Of a stretch of 35,682 nucleotides of DNA, positions 19,663-27,992 are shown piece by piece. Both the position numbers and the translations under genes were made by a program. Origin of the DNA: Candidatus Moanibacter sp. (GTDB lineage Bacteria; Verrucomicrobiota; Verrucomicrobiia; Opitutales; UBA2987). The notes beneath the pieces are model-generated. The model was given only the letters and a program-made list of their open reading frames with translations. It was not told the DNA's origin and made no database searches. The stretch is from NCBI GenBank assembly GCA_965215885.1, contig CBDCEW010000048.1:1-35682 (forward strand). Direction: 5' to 3'. Within the stretch, counting starts at the first letter, position 1; each line of letters opens with the position of its first letter.

Positions 19663-21006
19663 CAGTACTGTCCGGTTATAAGTCAAACAACTCCAACTGT
19701 TTAGGAATGCGGTGTTCATTGAAAGTGTAATCGGTTTCTGTAAGTAGTTCAGTCATAGGAGTTTTCTCAAATAGGGTGAAGCTGAGAATCTGTAGGATTT
19801 TGTGCAAACTGATCTCCAGGCGAAGGCGTTTGCGGATGATGGCGATGAGCACATAGACGCTGACGGCAATCCAGATTTGAGTCTTCACAGCATTCTCGGA
19901 GGTGCCGAAAAGCTCTTGATGCGCAAGTGCTGTTTGATCCATTTGAAGAACAATTCGATCTGCCAGCGTAAACGGTAAATCTGGGTGATGATTATGGCTG
20001 GGAGGGCAAACTGGTTGGTGAGAAACACGAAGCGCTCGGAACTGTCGGGATCGAGGTAAGTGATACGCCGGAGTCTTTCGGGGTAGGCCTTGGCAGGATA
20101 GAAGCTGACCAGGGCAACGGTCTGGTCCGAACGCAGACCGGTTGATTTGTCGACCTTTTGAGAGTAGAGGCGGCGAAACTGAAAGCCGCGGCGGGCGCGT
20201 GTGACGAAGAAAGAACCGCATTGTGCGATCCGATAGAGGCGCTCGTAATGCAGATAGGCTCGGTCCATTACATAGTAAGCACCGGCCTCGGGGATGATGA
20301 GATCCAGAATGGCCTCGGGGATGATGAGATCCAGAATGTTTACGTCGTGAACTTTTCCATCGGTAATCTCGATAAAATAAGGGATAGAGCCTCTGAGATC
20401 GAGAAGCGTATGGACCTTCACCGCCCCCTTGTGCTTGCGGAAACGTGCCCACGGGAAGAGTGATAGACATAGATCGATCGTGGTGGAGTCCAGAGCGTAG
20501 AGCGTATTGTCCAGGTCGATGCCCAGATCCTCGTTTGAATACAAAGGACGCGCCATTGCGATGAGGACCTGTGCAAAGTCGGCGTAGATGCGCCAGTCTC
20601 GTTTCTCGTTGGCATCGGCGAGCGTGCTTTTGGATACTCCGCTTCGAATCCCTGCGTGGTATAGTTTTGGTTGTACTGCCCGCAGGCAGGTTTCGATGTC
20701 GCGCAGACTCTCCCGGTAGGTCAACTCGGCAAAACCCATGCAGAGAAATTGTTCGAAGCAACTGAACTTTTGAACTTTGTAGTCGCCTCCGTAGCGTTGG
20801 ACGCAACGATGGAACTGATGGCGCGGAAGATAATCTATGATTTGAGAAAAAACGAATCGACCTGTATACATGATTTGGACCCTCGAAATTTTGAGAGTCC
20901 ACAAGGCTTTTTGCAATTTCAAGTCGAAAACAGCAGAAATCATATGTAAAATGTTGGTTATCAATCGATTAACCTGCGTTCCTAGAAAAACAACCGGACA
21001 GTAGTG
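19663..21006 (-). mobile_element. IS4-family insertion sequence, 1344 bp
   Basis: IRs CAGTACTGTCCGGTT and CACTACTGTCCGGTT. 9-bp direct repeat ACATTTTAA at 19654-19662 and 21007-21015. Confidence 0.92.
19676..20871 (-). pseudogene. IS4 transposase (DUF4372 + DDE) with a -1 frameshift at ~19910 and a 27-bp internal duplication
   Basis: MYTGRFVFSQI, LDSTTIDLC, MDRAY, YRLRWQIELFFKWIKQHL. The C-terminus GTSENAVKTQIW is in another frame; ILDLIIPEA is duplicated at 20284-20337. Confidence 0.88.
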
Positions 21007-21092
21007 ACATTTTAATGGTAATCTGAAGCCGATCTGTTTTCATCGATTTTCGACAAGGATCAGTGTCACGATAATGCATTGGAGAGAACGGG

Positions 21093-21752
21093 ATGTTTAC
21101 TGGAATCGTTGAAGAATCGGGAAAGGTGCTGGGGTTTGAAGAAACCGAAGAGGCCTGGAGGTTGACGGTTTCCGGGCAGAAGATTCAGGAGGATCTGGAG
21201 ATCGGGGACAGCGTGTCTGTAAACGGATGCTGTCTCACGGTCGTAGAGTTCGACCCATCTACAGTTACTTTCGAATTACTCAATGAAACCCTCCGGCTGA
21301 CTTCATTTAACAGGTTCACCTCTGCTCGAGTATTAGATGAAGCGGTTGGAATGGATTCTGAAATTGTCGATTTCGGCTCCGCAGGAGGGAACTTAAAGGT
21401 TAACCTCGAACGAAGTATGCGGTTCGGAGGCAAGATTGGCGGTCACTTTATGACGGGGCACATTGACTGCACGGGTAAGATTTCAAATATGGAGCAGCGC
21501 GGTAAGGACCATTATTTAAAGGTCGAGCCGAATGAGGGTTATATGCAATACCTTGTCTACAAAGGTTGCATAGGAATTGACGGTGTTTCGCTGACCGTTG
21601 CTGAAGTGAGTGAAACAGACTTTGCTGTTTGGGTCATACCACACACACTCATCGTGACCAACTTTTCGGAGATCAAACCCGGAGATTTGTTGAATCTGGA
21701 ATTTGATCTCTTAAGCAAATACGTGGAGAAGCTCCTTCCCACTCGATCGTGA
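21093..21752 (+). CDS. ribE: Riboflavin synthase (alpha chain)
   Basis: MFTGIVE, GDSVSVNGCCLTV, VNLER, GGHFMTGHID, KGCIGIDGVSLTV, NLEFD. Confidence 0.95.
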   Translation: MFTGIVEESGKVLGFEETEEAWRLTVSGQKIQEDLEIGDSVSVNGCCLTVVEFDPSTVTFELLNETLRLTSFNRFTSARVLDEAVGMDSEIVDFGSAGGNLKVNLERSMRFGGKIGGHFMTGHIDCTGKISNMEQRGKDHYLKVEPNEGYMQYLVYKGCIGIDGVSLTVAEVSETDFAVWVIPHTLIVTNFSEIKPGDLLNLEFDLLSKYVEKLLPTRS

Positions 21753-21753
21753 A

Positions 21754-22677
21754 TTGAAGAATGGAATGATGCGCGACAGAATAGAAGCAGTCATAGGGGA
21801 GCTTAAGCGACTCAAAGAAGAGGGTGTCGAAGACGTCTATCTCGAGAAGAGTACCCTGGAGGGCTTCAAACGCGCCATAGGGCCAGGTGCCGATGCTCCC
21901 ACAACATCCAAGGGGGCGAGTGGCAGAGATAAAGAGGGCTTTGATCCAACCACGATGGAAGGACCGCGCAGGAACGGAAAAGCAACTGCCGAGGGTTCCC
22001 TCTCAGTGGCACCGATACCACCACCACCTGCGGTAACCCTTCCGGAAGGGAATAAGAGCGACCAGTGGGAGTGGCTGAGGGAGCAAGTACTCAATTCAAA
22101 AGTTTGTCTCGAGCATGTGCGCCACGGGAAAAAGGTAGTATTCGGAGTTGGCAACATCGATGCAGAGATTTTTTTCTGTGGTGAGGCGCCTGGAGCTGAA
22201 GAAGAGGTTGAAGGCGAACCCTTCGTAGGCAAAGCAGGCCAGTTGCTCACGCGAATAATCGGAGCCATGAATTTGCGACGCAGCGATGTCTATATTGGTA
22301 ATATCATGAATTGGCGGCCCGAGATGGCGACTGCTTATGGAAATCGCCCTCCCACGCAGGAAGAGATGAACTATTGCCTGCCATACCTCCGAGCGCAGCT
22401 GAAAATCGTAGAGCCGAAAGTAATCGTAGCATTGGGTGCCACCGCTGTCAGCGGACTTCTTGGACCTGACCCAAACCGCCGTATGGGAGAGGTCCGCGGA
22501 CGATGGTTCGAATTTGAAAGTACCCCTCTAATGATCACGTATCATCCTTCTTACATCCTGCGCAGCCGAGCAATTTACGCAAAACGGCTGATCTGGGAAG
22601 ATATGCTAAGAGTAATGGAGCGCACCAATCTTCCCATCACGAAAAAACAACGCAGCTATTTTTTGGAACAACGATAG
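21754..22677 (+). CDS. Uracil-DNA glycosylase, family 4-like (start may be ATG at 21766 or 21769)
   Basis: GEAPGAEE...GEPFVGKAGQLL, YIGNI, GNRPP, VALGATA, TYHPSY. Confidence 0.9.
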   Translation: MKNGMMRDRIEAVIGELKRLKEEGVEDVYLEKSTLEGFKRAIGPGADAPTTSKGASGRDKEGFDPTTMEGPRRNGKATAEGSLSVAPIPPPPAVTLPEGNKSDQWEWLREQVLNSKVCLEHVRHGKKVVFGVGNIDAEIFFCGEAPGAEEEVEGEPFVGKAGQLLTRIIGAMNLRRSDVYIGNIMNWRPEMATAYGNRPPTQEEMNYCLPYLRAQLKIVEPKVIVALGATAVSGLLGPDPNRRMGEVRGRWFEFESTPLMITYHPSYILRSRAIYAKRLIWEDMLRVMERTNLPITKKQRSYFLEQR

Positions 22678-22848
22678 AAGCCTGTCGGACTTTAAGTTTT
22701 TTCGGAAGATTTACTCAGTTTCATTCCGACAGGCTTCTAGAAACAAGAAAATGAACCTGTCGGTCCCATCTACTAAGGAACGTGGATCTGTTACGATGAA
22801 ATCCACCCGATTGAGGTGATAAGAATCCTAAGTCCGACAGATTCCTAG
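22675..22848. mobile_element. Tandem miniature inverted-repeat elements (A + partial C + B) between udg and der
   Basis: Perfect 15-bp IR TAGAAGCCTGTCGGA/TCCGACAGGCTTCTA (22675-22739), then CTGTCGG...CCGACAGATTCCTAG. Homologous to 27577-27907. Confidence 0.75.
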
Positions 22849-22851
22849 GCC

Positions 22852-24261
22852 ATGGATTTCAGCCGTATTGTAGCTCTAGTGGGCAAACCCAATGTGGGAA
22901 AGAGCCGTCTGTTTAACCGACTCGCGGGTAAGCGACTTGCGATCGTGCATGATGAACCTGGGGTAACACGGGATGTGAACGCGGTGGAGATCGGTGACGA
23001 TTTCACGCTTATGGATACCGGTGGAATCGGTCTGGATGCAGGGAAACAAGCCGAAGACCTCAATGAAGCTGTAGAAGAGCAGGTCTTCTTCGCGGTCGAG
23101 GCGGCACAGCTGATTCTCTTGGTAGTGGATGGCGCGGACGGCTGTTCTTCCCTGGATGAATTGATTCTGGAGAGATTGCGCCGGTATGGAAAAGAGCCAC
23201 TCCTGGTTGTTAACAAGATTGATGAGGAGCGCCATGAAGAGAGGCTTTGTGAGTTTGATCTGTTCGGTTGTGAGTATTCATTCCCCGTATCGGCAGAGCA
23301 TGGGCGTGGTATTGCAGCTTTGCGGGAAGCGATTCGACTTAAACTCGGTGCGAATGAATTAAAGCTGAAAAAAGGAGAAACGAATCGGTTGAAGATCTGC
23401 TTTGTCGGTCGTCCAAACGTAGGAAAATCCTCTCTCTGCAATCGTCTCCTCAAGTCTGAGAGACTTATAGTACATGAGGTGGGCGGAACGACTCGCGACT
23501 CGGTAGAACTGGACCTCGACTACACAACGGTGAACGGAGAGAAATGGTTTTTTCGGCTAACCGATACGGCGGGAGTTCGGAGGGGCGGAAAAGTGCGTTC
23601 TTCCGTGGAGTATTTCTCTTCCGTGCGCTCGCGGCACGCAATCGAGAGCGCAGATGTCGTTTTCCTCGTGCTGGATGCCAGAAGCGGCGTGACGCGCCAA
23701 GACAAGACTGTGGCGGGACAGGCTGTGGAATGCGGAAAAGCTCTCGCCGTTGTGGTCAATAAATGGGATCTCGCCCTGGAGTGGTTCATGCGCAATCCGC
23801 CCGAGGCCTATGCCGATGAAGCGGAATTCAGGCGACATTTTGAAGCGGCCGTCAATAAGGAGTTGTTTTTTATGCCTGGAAGCCCTGTTCTTTTTGTATC
23901 GGCATTGAAAAGCTATGGTCTCGAAGAGATTCTCTCTTCCGCGCGCCTGCTTGATGAGACGCAATCTCGAAATTTGACAACGCCTCGAGTAAATCGCCTC
24001 ATCAGCCGGCTTGTTCAAAAAAGGGAACCGCGCCTCAGGAAAGGAAAACGCTTGAAGGTTTATTATGCCGTGCAGACCGGAAACAAGCCTTTCCGGATTC
24101 GTCTATTTTGCAATCAGGCTACTAATCTGGAAACGCCCTACCAGCGATATCTCGAGCACGGATTCACAAGAGAATTCGACCTTATTGGATGTCCTGTCAG
24201 GTTTGATCTTGTGGGAAAGCCGAGCAGGAAGAAGGAATTCTTTACACCCCAGAAGATTTGA
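22852..24261 (+). CDS. der: Ribosome biogenesis GTPase Der (EngA)
   Basis: Two GTPase domains (GKPNVGKS/GVTRD/DTGG/NKID and GRPNVGKS/GTTRD/DTAG/NKWD) plus a KH-like C-terminus. Confidence 0.97.
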   Translation: MDFSRIVALVGKPNVGKSRLFNRLAGKRLAIVHDEPGVTRDVNAVEIGDDFTLMDTGGIGLDAGKQAEDLNEAVEEQVFFAVEAAQLILLVVDGADGCSSLDELILERLRRYGKEPLLVVNKIDEERHEERLCEFDLFGCEYSFPVSAEHGRGIAALREAIRLKLGANELKLKKGETNRLKICFVGRPNVGKSSLCNRLLKSERLIVHEVGGTTRDSVELDLDYTTVNGEKWFFRLTDTAGVRRGGKVRSSVEYFSSVRSRHAIESADVVFLVLDARSGVTRQDKTVAGQAVECGKALAVVVNKWDLALEWFMRNPPEAYADEAEFRRHFEAAVNKELFFMPGSPVLFVSALKSYGLEEILSSARLLDETQSRNLTTPRVNRLISRLVQKREPRLRKGKRLKVYYAVQTGNKPFRIRLFCNQATNLETPYQRYLEHGFTREFDLIGCPVRFDLVGKPSRKKEFFTPQKI

Positions 24262-25247
24262 AACCCGTTAAAGCAGTATTTATGGGTTCAGATTCAATCG
24301 CGCTACCCTTACTTAACGAACTGACTGTGAATGCGGCTGAATCGCTCGAGTGGGTAGGTGTGTTCACACAGCCGGATCGACCCTCAGGAAGAGGAATGAA
24401 GGTAAGAGCCGGAGTAGTAAAGCAGTGGGCAGAGACCCAAAACATCCCGGTGTTGCAACCGCACAAGCTCTCTTCGGCAGAGTTGGAATGGCTGAAAGAG
24501 ACCGGTTGTTCGCTGATTATCGTTATGGCGTATGGACATATTTTGAAGCAGTCTCTTTTAGATATACCAAAATTCGGGTCGATCAACGTTCACGCTTCCT
24601 TATTGCCGGCTTACCGAGGGGCCTCACCTATTGAGGCTGCTGTCGCAAACGGCGAAAGCGTCACTGGTATGTCACTTATGCGGGTATGGCGCAGATTGGA
24701 TGCGGGACCTGTGCTCGACCAGGAATCAATCTCCATTGATTCCAAAGATACGAGTAGCACAGTCAAAGAGCGACTCTCGCAAGCTGCTATTCCGCTTATT
24801 CGGCGAAATCTGACGGCTATTATAAGCGGAAAGGCGATATTTGAGCCTCAGAATGAAGATGCCGCAACTTATACACGGTTATTGCGAAAAAGTGACGGAA
24901 TTCTCAACTTCGACAATAGTGCCAAATGCCTTGTGAATCGCGTTCGTGCACTTTGTAATTGGCCGGGCGCCTACTTCGAAGTCGCCGGCGTGAGATTGAG
25001 AATCGGTAAAGCCTCCTGCGACAATGCAATCTCTGAAAGCGCTTCCGGCACAATAATGAAGGAGGGAAACCACCTGTTCATAACGGCAACTTCGGGAAGA
25101 CTTCACATCCTGGAACTGCAGAAACCTGGCGGACGCATGTTGCCAATCGCTGATTTTCTCCGTGGTTACAATATCGAAAACGGCACCGTCGTTAAGGATG
25201 GAGCGATGACAAAACTCTCAGCCAAACCAACCTTTAGGGAATCGTGA
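24258..25247 (+). CDS. fmt: Methionyl-tRNA formyltransferase
   Basis: FMGS, TQPDRPSGRG, AYGHIL, NVHASLLPAYRGASPI, LDAGP. Confidence 0.96.
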   Translation: MKPVKAVFMGSDSIALPLLNELTVNAAESLEWVGVFTQPDRPSGRGMKVRAGVVKQWAETQNIPVLQPHKLSSAELEWLKETGCSLIIVMAYGHILKQSLLDIPKFGSINVHASLLPAYRGASPIEAAVANGESVTGMSLMRVWRRLDAGPVLDQESISIDSKDTSSTVKERLSQAAIPLIRRNLTAIISGKAIFEPQNEDAATYTRLLRKSDGILNFDNSAKCLVNRVRALCNWPGAYFEVAGVRLRIGKASCDNAISESASGTIMKEGNHLFITATSGRLHILELQKPGGRMLPIADFLRGYNIENGTVVKDGAMTKLSAKPTFRES

Positions 25248-25322
25248 TTCCTGTTTGCACCGCAGATAAAATACTTTCAAGATGACACTCTAAATGACGG
25301 ATAAGAAAAGGCATCAACGACT

Positions 25323-26006
25323 TTGAAGAGGGTTTGGAAACGCGCTGACGTCTTCTCGAAATCAGGGACGGCAATCCTGCTTATTGCATTCCTGACGCTC
25401 GACGCCGAAGCTGCACGGAGCAGGTCGGGAACCAGCGCCGTGGAGCAGTCACGCATTGAAATTGCCAACCTCAAGGAAGACGTCGCTTTCCTGCAGCAGG
25501 AAGTTGGGAAGCTCGTTCTTGAAATCGAACGTATTTCAAGAGAAAATCTAAGTCTCAAGCGACTTTTCGAAACACGCGTGAGTTCTCAAACGATGCTTTT
25601 GGAGAATTATGTCACAATCGCGCAACACAATAATGAGCTTGAACGCCTCCGTCTGGAATTGACCAGCTCGGGAAATCGGAAGAAAGCCGAAATCGTTGCT
25701 GAGATCAGCAGACAAATGGTGCGATTGGCGACACAGACCGAGAAGGCGATTAGCTCTCTGGCTGATTCCATCAATGCACAGCCGGAGTTAAGAAAAGCGA
25801 TCAAGTTTTCCAACGAATATCCAAAAAGCGGCATGGCGTACACCGTTAGGCCCGGGGATACACTCTCTCGCATCGCCTCAAAGTTTAATTCCACCGTCAC
25901 CGATATACAGAACGCCAACAAGATCGTCGATCCCACCAAACTGATGGCAGGTACCACTATATTTATCCCTCAGGCGAAGCGAGAACCGAGCGACGATGAC
26001 AGTTAA
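25323..26006 (+). CDS. LysM peptidoglycan-binding protein with a coiled coil
   Basis: Signal-like N-terminus, heptad region, C-terminal YTVRPGDTLSRIA..F......I..AN.I.DP..L..G..IFIP. Confidence 0.85.
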   Translation: MKRVWKRADVFSKSGTAILLIAFLTLDAEAARSRSGTSAVEQSRIEIANLKEDVAFLQQEVGKLVLEIERISRENLSLKRLFETRVSSQTMLLENYVTIAQHNNELERLRLELTSSGNRKKAEIVAEISRQMVRLATQTEKAISSLADSINAQPELRKAIKFSNEYPKSGMAYTVRPGDTLSRIASKFNSTVTDIQNANKIVDPTKLMAGTTIFIPQAKREPSDDDS

Positions 26007-26961
26007 GAAGAGATTGGGGAGAGGACTTGGCAGCTTGATTAGGGGCGGAGTGTCCGCGGCGAGTCGATCTGGTTCGCCGACAGAAGCCGCTCCCAAAGAC
26101 GAAGGGCAAGAAATCGAAGGCGAGGAAAATTCGAATGCCGATGATCGTTCAGAGAGAGTAAATCTTGCCTCTCACAATTTTGCCGAGATTTCGATTGAGG
26201 AAATTAAAACGAATCCCTTTCAGCCGCGAAGCGAAATTGAAGTTGAAAGCATAAAGGAGCTGGCAGAGAGCATCCGTTCGGAGGGTCTGCTGCAACCGGT
26301 TGTCGTTCGGAGGGACGGTGACCAGTTCGAACTTATCGCCGGCGAGCGTCGATTTCGAGCCTGCCGGGAGCTGAAACTACGAACCATTACCGCGAGGATC
26401 ATTGAGGCGAGTGATGTTTCAAGCGCAACAATGTCTCTCATAGAGAATTTGCAACGTGAAGGTCTTAATCCGATCGAAGAGGCATTGGGGTACGCAAGTC
26501 TCTTACGGGATTTTGATCTGACCCAGGAAGCTGTCGCGGAGAGGGTCGGGAAGGGGCGGGCAACCGTGGCCAATATGCTTAGACTCCTGCAACTCGAGAA
26601 GGAAATTCAAGGATTTCTGGGGAAGAATCTCCTTTCCGTGGGCCATGCCAAAGTCTTGTTGGCGATCGATGATTCGAATCAGCGAATCGTGATTGCTCGA
26701 AACATTATTGAGAAGGGCCTCAGTGTGCGGGATCTCGAGAGAGTGGTGAACAGGTTTCAAGAGGTAAAAAAACCGCATATGGCACGGCCGCGCCCTGAAG
26801 CGGAATCAACCGCAATTCGTGCCCTTGAAGATAAACTGGCATCCCATCTCAATACTCGAGTGCAGATAAGACACAGACCGCGAAAAGGCAAAATTGTCAT
26901 TGATTATTACGGTAACGATGATTTACAGAGGATACTCGAAACGTTGGATATTCAACACTAG
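25996..26961 (+). CDS. parB: Chromosome partitioning protein ParB/Spo0J
   Basis: LGRGLGSLI, NPFQPR, GLLQPVVVR, IAGERRFRA, ENLQREGLNPIEEA, HTH. Confidence 0.95.
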   Translation: MTVKKRLGRGLGSLIRGGVSAASRSGSPTEAAPKDEGQEIEGEENSNADDRSERVNLASHNFAEISIEEIKTNPFQPRSEIEVESIKELAESIRSEGLLQPVVVRRDGDQFELIAGERRFRACRELKLRTITARIIEASDVSSATMSLIENLQREGLNPIEEALGYASLLRDFDLTQEAVAERVGKGRATVANMLRLLQLEKEIQGFLGKNLLSVGHAKVLLAIDDSNQRIVIARNIIEKGLSVRDLERVVNRFQEVKKPHMARPRPEAESTAIRALEDKLASHLNTRVQIRHRPRKGKIVIDYYGNDDLQRILETLDIQH

Positions 26962-26994
26962 GGACCTGTCGGGAAAAGTCCGACAGGCTCCTGG
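26958..26994. repeat. Minimal MITE-like hairpin on the parB stop codon
   Basis: CTAG-GGACCTGTCGG-GAAAAGT-CCGACAGGCTC-CTGG; same ends as elements A and B. Confidence 0.7.
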
Positions 26995-27003
26995 TATCGA
27001 ACC

Positions 27004-27486
27004 ATGGCTAATTTTCTTCTATCGATATTTACGCTGGCTCTGATTCTGATCAGCCTTTTTCTCATCTTCGTCGTCCTGCTGCAACGGGCTAATACTAATG
27101 CCGGCTTGGGAACAGCTTTCGGGGGCGGCATCACGGAATCGACTTTTGGGGCAGATGCCGGAAACATTCTTACCAAGTGCACAATCTGGGCGACGGTATC
27201 ATTTTTTGTGATCAGTTTTGGCCTCTATCTCGGTTACATCGCCGAGGCCGGCGAAAGCTTTTCCGAAGAAGGGGAACTACCGCAACTGAGTGCTGAGGAG
27301 ATTCCCTTTCAAACCAGTGGTTCCGATGATGTGACCGAAGCGTTATCCTCTTACGAGGACTCCGCAGCTTCGATTGGGGAAGACAAGGATCTCGAGGATT
27401 CGGCTGTCGAAGAAGGACCCGATATTGCTCCGGAAATCATAGGGAGCGATTCCGCCGAAGAGGATAACGCTTCCAACCCGGAGTAG
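27004..27486 (+). CDS. secG: Preprotein translocase subunit SecG with an acidic C-terminal extension
   Basis: Two TM segments, VLLQ, AGLGTAFGGG..ESTFG, NILTK.T. Confidence 0.9.
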   Translation: MANFLLSIFTLALILISLFLIFVVLLQRANTNAGLGTAFGGGITESTFGADAGNILTKCTIWATVSFFVISFGLYLGYIAEAGESFSEEGELPQLSAEEIPFQTSGSDDVTEALSSYEDSAASIGEDKDLEDSAVEEGPDIAPEIIGSDSAEEDNASNPE

Positions 27487-27576
27487 CGCACATCCCGACT
27501 GTTTGCGGAGGAACCTCGGTAAGCGGCCTCCTGTCTGAATGTACAAAACAAAATGGATAAAGGGTCTCGAGTCCTT

Positions 27577-27992
27577 CTAGCAGCCTTATAGTTTATGCCA
27601 TTTCCCGAGGAGTTACTAGGTTTCTTTCCGACAGGCTGCTAGAGACAAGAAAATGAAACTGAATTTTGGTGGAAGCGAACTCCAAGAATGCTCGAGATGC
27701 GTGCATCAGGGCCAAATTGTGTCTTTCCCGGTAAGAGTCATGCACTTTCAAGGTCAAAAACAGATAAGGTGAGTCAATGCGTCCCAAAATTCAATTTCAT
27801 TTTCTTCAGAGGAATCTGTCGGTCTCATCTCGGTCGGAATGTCGAGCCGTCACATCGAAATATGCACCATGGAAATGTTAAGAATGCTAAGTCCGACAGA
27901 TTCCTAGCCCGCTTTTCTCACAATCTTGCATTCAATATCTTCTGTGCCCTTTTGTAATTTAGCCCGGAAATCTTGTGAGATTTTCGGGCTGG
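27577..27992. mobile_element. Chain of four miniature inverted-repeat elements joined at CTAG-like sites
   Basis: A 27577-27642; C 27643-27810 (23-bp IR AAGAAAATGAAAYTGAATTTTGG); B 27810-27907 (13-bp IR AGGAATCTGTCGG); D 27904-27992 (AGCCCG....TCTCACAA IR). Confidence 0.78.

Noticed and set aside
792..21006. Composite transposon formed by flanking IS
   Set aside because: The elements belong to different families, and three have their own target duplications.
21007..21092. FMN riboswitch upstream of ribE
   Set aside because: Only 86 bp between the IS4 and the ATG; no RFN consensus seen on either side of the IS.
27487..27576. tRNA-Leu often found after secG
   Set aside because: No cloverleaf, T-loop GTTCRA or CCA end visible.
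27688..27957. 89-aa ORF in the secG-LolA gap
   Set aside because: Lies entirely within the MITE chain and has no protein-like features.
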